Shown here piece by piece: positions 8,475-19,047 of a DNA stretch of 64,000 nt. Below the pieces are notes generated by a model. That model had not been told where the DNA came from and searched no databases. It saw nothing but the letters and a program-made list of their open reading frames with translations. The stretch's first letter is position 1. The number at the start of each line of letters is the position of its first letter. A program made the translations under genes and the position numbers. This stretch comes from Bacteroidota bacterium (GTDB taxonomy: Bacteria; Bacteroidota; Bacteroidia; Chitinophagales; Saprospiraceae), in assembly GCA_038523965.1 (NCBI GenBank), contig JBCBIX010000001.1, positions 2,896-66,895 on the forward strand, read 5' to 3'.

Positions 8475-9929
8475 ATGAGAACTCATTTGCTTCTGTTCTT
8501 CCTCCTTCTCGGATTGCATACCAATGAAATGCAGTCTCAAGACATCGTGAGTGTAGAGTTCAACTCTACTCTAACAGCTCCGATTGCCAGACTGCTCGCT
8601 CTGACCCTTGGAGTAACCGTCGATATCACCTATGATGTAGACTTCTACGTCGTCGAGTATACGACCACGGGTACAGATATGCGATTAGATACGGCCTCTG
8701 GGCTTTTCATGATACCCGACGGTCTAAATGAACCATTACCCATCCTTTGCTATCAGCATGGGACCACCGATGGACGATCTGATGTGCCATCAAATTTTGG
8801 GGCAGCCTATCAGTTGGGTGCGTTGTTTGGATCTAATGGAGTTGCTGTGGCGGCACCAGATTATCTGGGCATGGGTTCTTCGAGGGGCTTTCATCCATAT
8901 GTACATGCCGAGACGGAGGCCACGGCGGCAGTGGATATGATCTACGCTCTCCGAACATGGTTAGACGAACAAGGGACAGGCTACACTGACGACTTGTTTG
9001 TGACGGGGTACTCTCAGGGAGGTCATGCCGCAATGGCGCTTCACCAATACATCGAGACAGAAAAACCAGCAGACCTCAATGTGACTGCCAATCTAAGCAT
9101 GAGCGGTCCATACAGTCTATCCGGTGTGATGCAAGGACTTAGTTTTGACGAGGAGATCGACTATCTCTTTCCCTCATTCTTGGTGTACAGCGCTCGAGCT
9201 CTGAGAGAAGTAAATCCTGAAACTTATCAATCAGAAGATCAACTCTACAAGCCATCCTTCTTAGGACCAATTGAAGAGTTTGTACGTACTGGTGAAGGTC
9301 TTGGGGCTCTGAATCAGTTTCTCGTGGGACAGCTTGTACAAGAGAACGGCATGTCAACCCCACGATTCATGTTCAAGGACTCTGTGCAGGAGGTTCTCTT
9401 GGCAAATCCAGATCATCCTTTTAACGTGACTCTCCGTGAGAGTGATGTCTATGATTGGACTCCACAAGCTCCCGTACTCATGCTCTATTGCCCTTCTGAT
9501 GACCAGGTTCCCTTTACGAATAGCATTATTGCAGATAGCGTGATGAATGCAAACGGAGCTCCAGATGTATCCGCTGAAGATGTCTCAGGAGGCGAAATTC
9601 TGGACCATGCCCAATGTGCCATACCAGCACTGAATAGAGGAGTCCCGTGGTTATTCTCCTTCTTAGAAACTACATCTACAGTAGAAATTAACCTCGCAGC
9701 AGGTCTTCAGATGAGTCCAAATCCAGTTAGTGACCAGCTTCTGATATCGACAGAGGTCAGCATGGATCGCATCTCTATTTATAGCCCTACTGGACAGAGA
9801 CTAATAGATCAATCAGATCTGGGTTACAGCTTCAAAATCGATGCTTCAAGCATGCCTAATGGAGTCTACTATGCTCACATCCTAACTACAGAGGGGCTTA
9901 GTGTTGAGAAGTTCTTAGTCAGTCGTTAG
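8475..9929 (+). CDS. secreted alpha/beta-hydrolase (lipase/esterase-like) with T9SS C-terminal sorting domain
   Basis: Signal peptide, nucleophile elbow GYSQGGH, and a T9SS CTD-like C-terminus (MSPNPVSDQLLIS ... ISIYSPTGQRL ... GVYYAHILTTEGLSVEKFLVSR). Confidence 0.75.
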   Translation: MRTHLLLFFLLLGLHTNEMQSQDIVSVEFNSTLTAPIARLLALTLGVTVDITYDVDFYVVEYTTTGTDMRLDTASGLFMIPDGLNEPLPILCYQHGTTDGRSDVPSNFGAAYQLGALFGSNGVAVAAPDYLGMGSSRGFHPYVHAETEATAAVDMIYALRTWLDEQGTGYTDDLFVTGYSQGGHAAMALHQYIETEKPADLNVTANLSMSGPYSLSGVMQGLSFDEEIDYLFPSFLVYSARALREVNPETYQSEDQLYKPSFLGPIEEFVRTGEGLGALNQFLVGQLVQENGMSTPRFMFKDSVQEVLLANPDHPFNVTLRESDVYDWTPQAPVLMLYCPSDDQVPFTNSIIADSVMNANGAPDVSAEDVSGGEILDHAQCAIPALNRGVPWLFSFLETTSTVEINLAAGLQMSPNPVSDQLLISTEVSMDRISIYSPTGQRLIDQSDLGYSFKIDASSMPNGVYYAHILTTEGLSVEKFLVSR

Positions 9930-9992
9930 ATACTGACATCTCCTGTCGCTGATCATAGATAACTCAACCGTCACGTGTAGAGCGGTACTTCA

Positions 9993-12725
9993 TTACTGCG
10001 AGAAGGCCTCTTTGACAATGGCTGCTTGTTGATCCTCATGGACCTTCTTGTAGCCAGTGGCAGGAGATGCACTTACTTTTCGAGAGATCACCTCGATGCT
10101 CGCATCTCGCCAGAAGCTATTGAGATATTGCCATGCCCCCATATTCTGGGGTTCTTCTTGTACCCAGCGCACTTTCGTACCAGCATACTTCGAGAATATG
10201 GTGTCCATCTGCTGCATTGGATATGGATATAACTGCTCCATCCGAACGATAGCCACGTCATCTCTCCCATGTTCTTCTTTGTACTCGAGGAGATCGAAAT
10301 AGATTTTACCAGTACACAGTAACAAGCTTTTCACCTTCTTCCCGACATTTTCGTCATCGATAATCTCGAGGAATCGCTTGTTTGACTGGAAATCGGAGAT
10401 GGAGGAAACACATTTGGGATGACGAAGAAGTGACTTAGGCGACATCACGATCAATGGCTTGCGAAACGGTCTCACCAATTGACGTCTCAAAGCGTGAAAA
10501 AAGTTAGCCGGCTGAGTAATGTTGGCAATAGTGATATTGAACTCCGCCCCTTGTTGCAGAAATCGCTCTAACCTCGCACTCGAGTGCTCCGGTCCCTGAC
10601 CTTCGTAGCCATGAGGTAATAACATCACAAGACCACTCATCCGCTGCCATTTACTTTCGGCGGCAGTTACATATTGGTCTACGATAGTCTGAGCACCATT
10701 ATAGAAATCTCCGAATTGGGCTTCCCACAACACCAAGGTTTCTGGAGAAGCCAGGGAATACCCATACTCGAATCCGAGTACGGCAAACTCAGAAAGAAGT
10801 GAGTTGAATATCCTAAACTTTCCTTGATTAGGATCGAGGCCATCGAGTCTATTGTGCTCCTCAAAAGTGGTCTTATGTCTAAATATGGCGTGCCTATGAG
10901 AGAAAGTCCCTCGCTTGACATCCTGACCACTCATTCGCACATCTTTACCCTCCATTAGGATCGAACCGTAGGCCATAAGCTCGGCCAGTGCCCAATCCAA
11001 TTCTTTATTCTCAAGGATCTTTCTTTTCCCTTTCTGGAGTCGATTCACCTTCGAAAGAGGTTCGAACCCCTCAGGTAAATTCATGAGGTGATTTAGGATA
11101 TGATCGATCTTGGCCTTACTGATGCCGGTCTTCGGCGATTCTTGGAAGTCTGCCGCCTCCTTTGTTTTTTTCAATGATCGCCACGCCTGTTCTGGCTGCT
11201 GATAAGTATATGGCAGTGGTTTTTGCTTCACACTATCCAGTCGAGCCTGAAGGTCAGTCTTGAATGAGGCCTCCATCTCTTCTGCAAGCTCCTTCTCAAC
11301 ATCTCCTCGACTAACTAACTGTGCAGCATAGATTTCTCGAGGGTTCTTGTGCTTTTGGATGAACTCGTACATCCGAGGTTGAGTGAATTTTGGATCATCC
11401 CCTTCATTATGGCCATGTCGTCGATAGCACACCATATCAATGAAGACGTCATTGTTAAATCGCTGTCTATACTCAGTAGCTAACTCGGCAACAAATGCAA
11501 CTGCCTCGGGGTCATCACCATTCACATGGAAGACTGGTGCCTGTACCAGACTTGCAGCTCCAGTGCTATATGTAGACGATCGGGCGTCATCATAATCCGT
11601 AGTGAATCCGACCTGATTATTAATCACAAAATGAATCGTCCCTCCAGTGTAATATCCCTTCAGCTTACTCATCTGAACTGTCTCATAGACCACACCCTGT
11701 CCAGCCACTGCAGCATCTCCGTGGATGAGGATCGGCAAGATCTTATCGTAGTCGCTGCCATAAAGTATATCAGCCTTTGCTCGAGCAAAGCCTTCTACAA
11801 CGGGATCGACTGATTCGAGATGAGAGGGATTGGGAACCAACTTAAGATGGACTGACCGATCCCCCGCCTCCACGATAGAGGAATATCCGAGGTGGTACTT
11901 CACGTCACCATCACCAAAACTGAGGTCCGGCACTGCCGTTCCTTCGAACTCATTGAAGATGTGCTCGTAGGTTTTGCCCATGATATTGGCCAAAACATTA
12001 AGCCTTCCTCTGTGCGCCATTCCGATAATCACTTCTTCGACACCCTCCGAAGCACCTTGTTGAATGATGGAGTCGAGCGCTGGAATGGTCGACTCACCTC
12101 CTTCAAGAGAAAATCGCTTCTGACCGACGTACTTCAAATTCAAGAAACTCTCGAATCCAACGGCTCCATTGAGCTTGTTGAGGATACGTTTCTTTTTATC
12201 AAGCGAAAGACCATACGAGTCATCGAGACTACGATTTTCGATCTTGTCACGTAACCACATTTTGCGTTCCTTCTCCTCGATATGGGCATATTCGAATCCT
12301 ATGTTACTGCAGTAAATCCGATTCAGTCTATCGATGACTTCTTGTAGTGTCGCGTTGGACATGCCTATCTCAGCGCCCGCGGCAAATCGTTTGGATAGAT
12401 CCGCCTCCTCGAGACCATAATCTGCCAACTCAAGATGAGGAGCACGATCTCGTCGAGACATGATCGGATTCGTAGTAGATAGTAGATGTCCTCGATCACG
12501 ATAACCATGAATTACGGACATGACGCTGAACTCCTTCTCCAGACTTTGATCAGAGGTGATAGGGGCTACTGCGACCGTAGATCCATTACCACCCTTTGAA
12601 AATTCAAAACCCTCAAAGAATGACCGCCACCCATCTTCTACGCTGGTTGGATCAGCCTGAAAACGCTGATACATCTGATCGATAAAAGAAGGGTGAGCGT
12701 TGAAAACGTAGGAATAATCTGCCAT
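9993..12725 (-). CDS. sucA: 2-oxoglutarate dehydrogenase E1 component
   Basis: 910 aa with full-length resemblance to SucA: N-terminal SYVFNAHPSFIDQMYQRF, the ThDP region GDAAVAGQGVVYET, and MVCYRRHGHNEGDDP. Confidence 0.95.
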   Translation of the reverse strand: MADYSYVFNAHPSFIDQMYQRFQADPTSVEDGWRSFFEGFEFSKGGNGSTVAVAPITSDQSLEKEFSVMSVIHGYRDRGHLLSTTNPIMSRRDRAPHLELADYGLEEADLSKRFAAGAEIGMSNATLQEVIDRLNRIYCSNIGFEYAHIEEKERKMWLRDKIENRSLDDSYGLSLDKKKRILNKLNGAVGFESFLNLKYVGQKRFSLEGGESTIPALDSIIQQGASEGVEEVIIGMAHRGRLNVLANIMGKTYEHIFNEFEGTAVPDLSFGDGDVKYHLGYSSIVEAGDRSVHLKLVPNPSHLESVDPVVEGFARAKADILYGSDYDKILPILIHGDAAVAGQGVVYETVQMSKLKGYYTGGTIHFVINNQVGFTTDYDDARSSTYSTGAASLVQAPVFHVNGDDPEAVAFVAELATEYRQRFNNDVFIDMVCYRRHGHNEGDDPKFTQPRMYEFIQKHKNPREIYAAQLVSRGDVEKELAEEMEASFKTDLQARLDSVKQKPLPYTYQQPEQAWRSLKKTKEAADFQESPKTGISKAKIDHILNHLMNLPEGFEPLSKVNRLQKGKRKILENKELDWALAELMAYGSILMEGKDVRMSGQDVKRGTFSHRHAIFRHKTTFEEHNRLDGLDPNQGKFRIFNSLLSEFAVLGFEYGYSLASPETLVLWEAQFGDFYNGAQTIVDQYVTAAESKWQRMSGLVMLLPHGYEGQGPEHSSARLERFLQQGAEFNITIANITQPANFFHALRRQLVRPFRKPLIVMSPKSLLRHPKCVSSISDFQSNKRFLEIIDDENVGKKVKSLLLCTGKIYFDLLEYKEEHGRDDVAIVRMEQLYPYPMQQMDTIFSKYAGTKVRWVQEEPQNMGAWQYLNSFWRDASIEVISRKVSASPATGYKKVHEDQQAAIVKEAFSQ

Positions 12726-12841
12726 GAGCGAACGCTCGCGCGTGTTGGATTGACTGACAAAGATGTATCAAAATACCCAGTGGATGATGCGTCTACTGTT
12801 GCAAAAAATCGCCAGTAGCACTAATCAATCCAGGAGTGGCC

Positions 12842-12872
12842 TTTCGCCAATGAATAGAATACCTTACTTTTG
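12842..12872 (+). promoter_or_regulatory. candidate Bacteroidota sigma-A promoter of rpsT (TTTC-N19-TACTTTTG)
   Basis: TACTTTTG at 12865-12872 matches the TAnnTTTG -7 consensus. TTTC at 12842-12845 sits at -33 spacing. The box lies about 30 nt upstream of the rpsT ATG. Confidence 0.45.
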
Positions 12873-12902
12873 CGCGCCAGTTAAGAAAGAAGAAGATAAT
12901 TT

Positions 12903-13163
12903 ATGGCTCATCATAGTTCTGCTAAGAAGAGAATCCGACAAGACGAGAAGAAGCGACTACGTAATCGCTACTACAAGAAAAGCACTCGAACATCCATCGC
13001 GAAGCTTCGTGAGATGACTGATGCAAAGGAAGCGAGTGAATTTCTGCCTCGTGTTGTTAGCATGGTGGATAAGTTGGCCAAGAGAAAGCTATGGCACAAA
13101 AACAAAGCTGCTAACGTAAAAAGTAAGCTCCAGAAGTTTGTAACTGGTTTAGCAGCCTCATAG
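12903..13163 (+). CDS. rpsT: 30S ribosomal protein S20
   Basis: MAHHSSAKKRIRQDEKKRLRNRYYKK is the typical S20 N-terminus. Length is 86 aa. Confidence 0.95.
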   Translation: MAHHSSAKKRIRQDEKKRLRNRYYKKSTRTSIAKLREMTDAKEASEFLPRVVSMVDKLAKRKLWHKNKAANVKSKLQKFVTGLAAS

Positions 13164-13189
13164 AGAGCAACACACAAAAGATATACCGA

Positions 13190-13220
13190 AGCCCGTCCTT
13201 CAAGGATGGGCTTTTTTGTT
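13190..13220 (+). terminator. intrinsic terminator after rpsT
   Basis: Stem AGCCCGTCC / GGATGGGCT (one G-U pair), loop TTCAA, then TTTTTTGTT. Confidence 0.7.
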
Positions 13221-13230
13221 GGATCTTATC

Positions 13231-13989
13231 TCAGTCGGATAGTTTCTCAAGGATGGACTCAGCAGCACGCTTCTTGTTAGATGATCTATCTATTAACTGA
13301 AATGCTGTGATCGCCTGCAGTGTATTACCATCCCTCAGATGAGATAAACCAGTGTACCAATACACATCATCAGAATAAATCGTCTGATCTCGCCTCAATT
13401 CATCAAACACTTGTCGAGCCTGGATAGTCCTTCCCTGATCAAGAAGTGATATACCAAGGGCATAGCGCGCCTTTGGCTCTACCCTACCTTCAAGTAGAGT
13501 GATGACTTGATTATACTGGCCATTGTTAAACATCTCTGCCGCGTCCAGTAACTCCTCGTCAGTCTGCCGGTCACGAGTCGCGAAAGAAATTTCAGCTGGA
13601 TCGAAATAAGCCGCGTATAGGATCTCCGGCGATGACTCATCCGAAGGAGTAGGTTGGTATAGGATCGCCAAGGCAATTGCCCCCAGGGCAAGTAAGGAAA
13701 GCAACACGAGTACTAACCGGCGGTTCCTCATCTGACCTTTGGTACCCACAGTTGGGGTACGCGGTAGCGTAGACTCGACCTTGAGAACATCAGTATGGAC
13801 ACGATGTAGGTTTTGCAATGCAGCCTCAGTGACTGGGCGATCACGCAGATACTTTGTCATATCCTGATACTCGGCCAGTCGACTCATCACCTCTGGATCC
13901 CTCTCTGCCAGGTTGGCGATGGCATCCATCTCCGTATCAGGAAGCTGTCCATCGAGATAGGCTAATAATTTTTGGTCGTCTACTGTCAT
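13231..13989 (-). CDS. putative anti-sigma factor, single-pass membrane protein with TPR-like C-terminal domain
   Basis: Overlaps the upstream ECF sigma gene (ATGA at 13986-13989). The N-terminus LLAYLDGQLPDTEMDAIANL is typical of anti-sigma factors. It has a central TM helix (LVLVLLSLLALGAIALAILY). Confidence 0.6.
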   Translation of the reverse strand: MTVDDQKLLAYLDGQLPDTEMDAIANLAERDPEVMSRLAEYQDMTKYLRDRPVTEAALQNLHRVHTDVLKVESTLPRTPTVGTKGQMRNRRLVLVLLSLLALGAIALAILYQPTPSDESSPEILYAAYFDPAEISFATRDRQTDEELLDAAEMFNNGQYNQVITLLEGRVEPKARYALGISLLDQGRTIQARQVFDELRRDQTIYSDDVYWYTGLSHLRDGNTLQAITAFQLIDRSSNKKRAAESILEKLSD

Positions 13990-14624
13990 GATCCTATGCG
14001 CACATCATTTAAATATGTTCTCCATGACTCCATGCAGGCGTGTTTACGTCTGTACATCGTGTTTGGACTCGACATACCGAGCTTCTTGACGATGGACTTG
14101 ACATCTTGCCCTGTCATAACCATCTCTAACAATTGTTGACAGGTACTCGATAGTCGCCTAAACGAAGTATGTAGACTCCGTTGCCTCAACTCCTCTTCTT
14201 CGATGGCGATCAGATGTTCCTCGCTGCTGTAGTCATCCTCATATCGTAGCGGATTCTCAGATCTTACCTTGTCTTCAGTCTTTTTCTTTCGGATTTTATC
14301 GATCCACTTGTTCTTACATATTTGAGTAAGAAGGGCCTCAATGTTAGAATCGTGACCGATACCGCTGGCTACTGCCTTGCGTATCAAGGCTTCAATCGAA
14401 TCTTGAAAAATATCCAGGGCATCTTCGGTGGTACCAGAATTACTCTGTATCCATGACTTGACAGAAGGAAGAACAGAAGTATAGAGTCCTCGCAACAATT
14501 CAGGATCTCCTGATCGGAGACGCTGATTAAGGTCAAGTTGAGACACTAAGCCGGACTTTTGAGTGAGATCGGGTGGTTCTGCGTCGAAAGTACGAAATGG
14601 CTTGAGATATCCAGAAGGATTCAC
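13986..14624 (-). CDS. RNA polymerase sigma-70 family (ECF-type) sigma factor
   Basis: Region 2-like DIFQDSIEALIRK ... ALLTQICKNKWIDKIRKK and a region 4 HTH (CQQLLEMVMTGQDVKSIVKKLGMSSPNTMYRRKHACMESW). The start codon is GTG. Confidence 0.75.
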   Translation of the reverse strand: MNPSGYLKPFRTFDAEPPDLTQKSGLVSQLDLNQRLRSGDPELLRGLYTSVLPSVKSWIQSNSGTTEDALDIFQDSIEALIRKAVASGIGHDSNIEALLTQICKNKWIDKIRKKKTEDKVRSENPLRYEDDYSSEEHLIAIEEEELRQRSLHTSFRRLSSTCQQLLEMVMTGQDVKSIVKKLGMSSPNTMYRRKHACMESWRTYLNDVRIGS

Positions 14625-14700
14625 TCAAGCGATCCCAAAGGAAAGTCAGAACGACATCTACGTAAATCAACTCAAGGCAATCTGACCTATCCATCCAAAA

Positions 14701-15600
14701 CTATTCGTCGGACATGCTGGCAAAGACAATGTCTACAAATCGATCGGCAGTAATAAATGCCCAGTTCAAGTCCTCGTACCCGGCTACTATCTCAGCCGAA
14801 TTGATTTCTTCTCGCGTTTTGTGATCCTGAAGTTCTGAAATCATGCGATCTCTAATCGTCATCAAGAAGGTACGATAGTAAAGAAGGTCTTGCATCGAGG
14901 CCATCGGTCCGTGACCAGGGATGATTTGTGTGTCTTGGTCTATGATCAGTAGAGCTCTTTCTACGGCCGATATCGCACCACGAAAACTACCTCCCGAGTT
15001 CAGATCGATATAGGGAAACCGCTTGTGAAAAAAGCAATCACCCATATGCAATACATTACTCTCTGGAAACCACACAAAGGCATCTCCATCAGTATGCGCG
15101 CTATCGACATGGATCATCATAACTGGCTCTTCTAAATCACGGAAAGTCAAGCCTTCATCAAAGGTGATGACAGGAAGGGCGATAACCGGTGCTGCTGCGG
15201 TTATCTTACCTCCGCGATTTTGTTCTTGACTCATGCGCACATGAACATTATCGTGAGCGATGATCATTGCTCCAGCAGTCCCAAAGTTCTCGTTACCTCC
15301 AGTATGGTCGCCGTGCCAATGGGTATTAACCAAGATGGACACTGGTAACTGACTGATACTATCGATTTCGGCCATTATTTTCTGAGAGAGGGGAGCGAAT
15401 TGGTCATCGATCATAAATGCCTTCTCGTCACCAACATAGAGTCCAATATTGCCTCCTGCACCCTGTAACATGTAATGTCGATCCGTAAGCTGTGTACTCT
15501 TGATCTCGACATTCATGAATCTTCCCTGAGTGTACGCGAGAACAGGTATCAGCATTAGGAATAAAACAAATGAACGAGACTCCATAGCCCAGATTTTCAT
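14701..15600 (-). CDS. MBL-fold metallo-hydrolase, secreted
   Basis: Signal peptide plus the metallo-beta-lactamase motif NTHWHGDHTGGN, with downstream His/Asp ligands (HVDSAHTDGD, HGP). Confidence 0.85.
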   Translation of the reverse strand: MKIWAMESRSFVLFLMLIPVLAYTQGRFMNVEIKSTQLTDRHYMLQGAGGNIGLYVGDEKAFMIDDQFAPLSQKIMAEIDSISQLPVSILVNTHWHGDHTGGNENFGTAGAMIIAHDNVHVRMSQEQNRGGKITAAAPVIALPVITFDEGLTFRDLEEPVMMIHVDSAHTDGDAFVWFPESNVLHMGDCFFHKRFPYIDLNSGGSFRGAISAVERALLIIDQDTQIIPGHGPMASMQDLLYYRTFLMTIRDRMISELQDHKTREEINSAEIVAGYEDLNWAFITADRFVDIVFASMSDE

Positions 15601-15636
15601 AAAAGAGAATTGTAAAGGTGCAAAGGACTATTCAGC

Positions 15637-16866
15637 CTACAATGTGCTGGCTGCCTCATTGACTAAGCGCATCGGAACGGCGACACATTTGCGCTCCATG
15701 TAATTAGCAATCTCCTGGATTAAGTCTTGCACTTCTGGAGATAGTGTTGATATCTGATCCTTGTACACTTTATTCAAGGCGCGATCTTTTACAGATTTAA
15801 TCTCTGTAGGAAGATGTCTGAAAGCACGTTGCACTTTTCGACGTTCGTACATCTTGTGGAACTCGTCAAGGTGCTGGCCGAGGATCATGCGTGCCGCTGC
15901 TATATTGCCACGACGATACTTCAGATTGTCCTCTGCTAACACTCGAATACTATCGATACTGGTGTAGCTCACAGTAGGAAGCTGAGCGACAGAGCGCTCT
16001 ACATTATGTGGTATCGATAGATCGATTATCACCTTCAATTCATTACCCGCGATACCCGACCAGAGAGTTTCCGTGATGATCGGCTCCTGCGCTGAGGTCG
16101 ACGTAAACAGTGCACCGAATGAATCTGAATAGCATTCCAGGTCTCCCAAGTGGCGCGCCTCAGCACCCAACTCATCACTGAGCTCTTTTGCATTATTGAG
16201 AGATCTATTAAAAATGCAAAGCTTGCCGTAGCCGTGTTTTTTAAGAAATCGTCCGATAGTGCGATTGGTCTCACCAGCTCCAACCAAGAGAATACGCTCC
16301 GATCGATCGACATTCTTGGATAAGAAAGACTGGATAGCCAATGATGCTACCGACACCGGCTTTGCACCTATCGCAGTATTTGTATACACATCCTTTGCTG
16401 CACGTACAGCAGTCTTCTCAAGAAGTCGTAGGCGATCCCCACATAATCCATTCTTCCAACCAAAATCGTAAGCAGCCCTAAACTGGCGGAAAATCTCACG
16501 TTCACCCACAACTAAAGAATCGATTGACGACACCAACTCCAATACCTCGGTTATCGCGGCTTTACCCTTACTGATGCGAACGACCTTCTCAAGATTTACA
16601 TTCGTTTCTACTGTGAAATCTGGATTGATCGTCCGAAACAGGGACACAGCATCTGCGTGGGTGAGCGGCTTCTCGCCATAGAATAAGAAAACAACACGAT
16701 TACACGTATTCAAATAGAGTACTTCTTCCTGTCCTGTGGTTGTCTTGACAGATTCGAGTTGATTGACTAACTGTGCTTCGTCATTATAGCGGATGATCAG
16801 TCGTCCGAGATCCTCCACGTTGAGACTGCGGTGGGTGATCGTGATATGCTTGTAATTATCCAGCAT
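15637..16866 (-). CDS. hemA: glutamyl-tRNA reductase
   Basis: LNTCNRV active-site Cys region, NAD(P) motif LLVGAGETNRTIGRFL, and about 410 aa. Confidence 0.88.
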   Translation of the reverse strand: MLDNYKHITITHRSLNVEDLGRLIIRYNDEAQLVNQLESVKTTTGQEEVLYLNTCNRVVFLFYGEKPLTHADAVSLFRTINPDFTVETNVNLEKVVRISKGKAAITEVLELVSSIDSLVVGEREIFRQFRAAYDFGWKNGLCGDRLRLLEKTAVRAAKDVYTNTAIGAKPVSVASLAIQSFLSKNVDRSERILLVGAGETNRTIGRFLKKHGYGKLCIFNRSLNNAKELSDELGAEARHLGDLECYSDSFGALFTSTSAQEPIITETLWSGIAGNELKVIIDLSIPHNVERSVAQLPTVSYTSIDSIRVLAEDNLKYRRGNIAAARMILGQHLDEFHKMYERRKVQRAFRHLPTEIKSVKDRALNKVYKDQISTLSPEVQDLIQEIANYMERKCVAVPMRLVNEAASTL

Positions 16867-16978
16867 CCTGTAGTCACAAAATTAGCTTCAAGAGCTACTT
16901 AGATTGTCATGCGTTTGTAATGTTTGTGGGAGATACATTACACATAATTAGTATATCATTGCGACCAAAGAATAGTCC

Positions 16979-17359
16979 ATGGAAGTAGAAGGCAAAATCA
17001 AGTTGATCGGTCAGACTGAGACAGTAGGCAATGGTTTTACCAAACGTCTGCTGGTGGTAACAACAGACGAGATGTATCCTCAGCATATCTCCATTGAATT
17101 CGTCAAGGATAAAACATCAATGCTGGATTCTTACACAGTAGGACAGCCTGTCAAGGTTAGTATCAACCTTAGAGGGAGAGAGTGGACCAGTCCGCAGGGG
17201 GAGGTCAAGTACTTCAACTCGATCCAAGGCTGGCGCATCGAGGCTGCTCAGACATCACCTGCCGCAACTGCTCCATCTGCGCCGTCAGATCCAAGTAATT
17301 GGCCCACGATGAAAGACGCACCCAAAACGAGTGAAGAGTTCGACGACTTACCCTTCTGA
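16979..17359 (+). CDS. DUF3127-like OB-fold protein
   Basis: MEVEGKIKLIGQTETVGNGFTKRLLVVTTDEMYPQHISIEF resembles the DUF3127 family common in Bacteroidota. The C-terminal tail is low-complexity and ends in DDLPF. Confidence 0.6.
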   Translation: MEVEGKIKLIGQTETVGNGFTKRLLVVTTDEMYPQHISIEFVKDKTSMLDSYTVGQPVKVSINLRGREWTSPQGEVKYFNSIQGWRIEAAQTSPAATAPSAPSDPSNWPTMKDAPKTSEEFDDLPF

Positions 17360-17467
17360 TCTACTGATTCAGAACGGCCCTCAGAGCTGTGCATGAGTGA
17401 TATTCCCTACCTTCGCGCCCTGATTATGCGGCGCTAAGCCGTTACCTCTAATACAAAAGTTAACATC

Positions 17468-18691
17468 ATGAGTGGTACCAAAATAACCCTATCCCGTCGT
17501 GGCAAGCTCCAAGTGCCGAACGATCCAATTATCCCATTTATCGAAGGTGATGGCATCGGTCCAGACATTTGGGCTGCAGCCCAAAAGGTTATCGACGCCG
17601 CTGTCGAAAAAGCATTCGACGGTAAGCGCAAAATCCATTGGAAAGAAGTTTATGCTGGCGAGAAAGCCAACGAAAAGGTGGGCGAATGGCTCCCTAAAGA
17701 AACCACTGATGGGATCGCCGAGCATCTTGTAGCCATCAAAGGACCACTGACTACTCCTGTTGGTGGTGGGTTTCGATCTCTTAATGTAGCCATCCGCCAG
17801 ATCTTGGATCTCTACGCATGTGTCCGTCCAGTAAAGTGGTACCGAGGTGTACCCAGCCCAGTCAAGAAACCAGGCCTTGTAGACATGGTCATCTTCAGAG
17901 AAAATACTGAAGACATCTACGCCGGTATCGAGTACTTACATGGTACTGAGGAGAATGATAAGATGAAACAATTTCTCATCGAGGAAATGGGTGTGACCGG
18001 GATTCGCTTCCCCGACACTGCATCTCTTGGAGTGAAGCCCGTTTCAGTGGAAGGTACAGAACGTCTTGTACGTTCAGCGATTAAGTACGCTATCGACAAC
18101 AAGAGAGACTCTGTCACTCTGGTGCACAAAGGAAACATCATGAAGTTCACCGAGGGCAAGTTCAAAGAGTGGGGATATGCGCTCGCCAAGCGCGAGTTTG
18201 AGGCGAAGGATCTCGATGGTGGCCCATGGCAAGTGATCGATCATAAAGGAAGAGAGATCATCGTTAAGGACGTGATCGCGGACGCCTTCCTACAACAAAT
18301 CCTTCTTCGTCCAGCCGAATACGATGTCATCGCAACACTTAATCTGAATGGTGACTATATCTCGGATGCGCTTGCCGCAGCAGTTGGTGGAATTGGTATC
18401 GCTCCTGGAGCAAATATTAATTATGAAACGGGTATAGCTGTCTTCGAAGCCACCCATGGTACGGCGCCAAAATATGCTGGTCAGGACAAAGTGAATCCGA
18501 GTTCCGTTATCCTGTCAGGCGTAATGATGTTACAGTACATGGGCTGGAAAAAAGCTGGCATCCTCATCGAAAAAGGAATCAAGGGAGCCATCAAGAGTAA
18601 GAAGGTAACCTACGACTTTGAACGTCTCATGAAAGATGCGACTAAGGTTAGCTGCTCACAGTTTGGTGAAGAAATTATCAAGAATATGTAG
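17468..18691 (+). CDS. icd: NADP-dependent isocitrate dehydrogenase
   Basis: [50 protein letters not shown]. Confidence 0.95.
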   Translation: MSGTKITLSRRGKLQVPNDPIIPFIEGDGIGPDIWAAAQKVIDAAVEKAFDGKRKIHWKEVYAGEKANEKVGEWLPKETTDGIAEHLVAIKGPLTTPVGGGFRSLNVAIRQILDLYACVRPVKWYRGVPSPVKKPGLVDMVIFRENTEDIYAGIEYLHGTEENDKMKQFLIEEMGVTGIRFPDTASLGVKPVSVEGTERLVRSAIKYAIDNKRDSVTLVHKGNIMKFTEGKFKEWGYALAKREFEAKDLDGGPWQVIDHKGREIIVKDVIADAFLQQILLRPAEYDVIATLNLNGDYISDALAAAVGGIGIAPGANINYETGIAVFEATHGTAPKYAGQDKVNPSSVILSGVMMLQYMGWKKAGILIEKGIKGAIKSKKVTYDFERLMKDATKVSCSQFGEEIIKNM

Positions 18692-18730
18692 TGCCTGGTT
18701 CACATCAGGTTATGACTTAAATCTGAAAGG

Positions 18731-18759
18731 CTCCAGAAATTCTGGAGTCTTTTTTTTTT
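18731..18759 (+). terminator. intrinsic terminator after icd
   Basis: CTCCAGA / TCTGGAG stem followed by a run of 9 T. Confidence 0.8.
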
Positions 18760-18852
18760 GCAATGCTTGCAACCAAGTTCGAGGTGTTACGTAAAAGATG
18801 AAGGACCTCCATGAGACAACGACTCTGGGCAACCATTACGAATAAGTGAAAC

Positions 18853-18879
18853 AAAAAACCCCACCAATTATGGCAGGGT
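18853..18879 (-). terminator. intrinsic terminator after tRNA-His
   Basis: On the minus strand, ACCCTGCC / GGTGGGGT (two G-U pairs), loop ATAATT, then TTTTTTGTTT. Confidence 0.55.
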
Positions 18880-18889
18880 CTTTAAGGTT

Positions 18890-18967
18890 TGGGGTGAAAG
18901 ACGGGATTTGAACCCGCGGCCTCCGGAACCACAATCCGGCGCTCTAACCAGCTGAGCTACAATCACC
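18890..18967 (-). tRNA. tRNA-His (anticodon GTG) with G-1 and encoded CCA
   Basis: Reverse complement: G-GTGATTG-TA-GCTCAGCTGGTTAGAGC-G-CCGGA-TTGTGGT-TCCGG-AGGCC-GCGGG-TTCAAAT-CCCGT-CTTTCAC-C-CCA. The anticodon loop TTGTGGT gives GTG. The extra 5' G pairs with C73, as expected for tRNA-His. The acceptor stem has two U-U mismatches. Confidence 0.8.
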
Positions 18968-19047
18968 ACTTCTAATGGAGGCGCAAAATAACACAAGATT
19001 TAGCTGTCAGACAAGAGGTCCTTTTAGGTGAGATCCTGACCTGAAGA

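Noticed and set aside
12763-13017. 84-aa plus-strand ORF overlapping the rpsT promoter and start.
   Set aside because: It is out of frame with rpsT, an unmistakable S20 gene, and covers the rpsT promoter boxes. It is a chance ORF.
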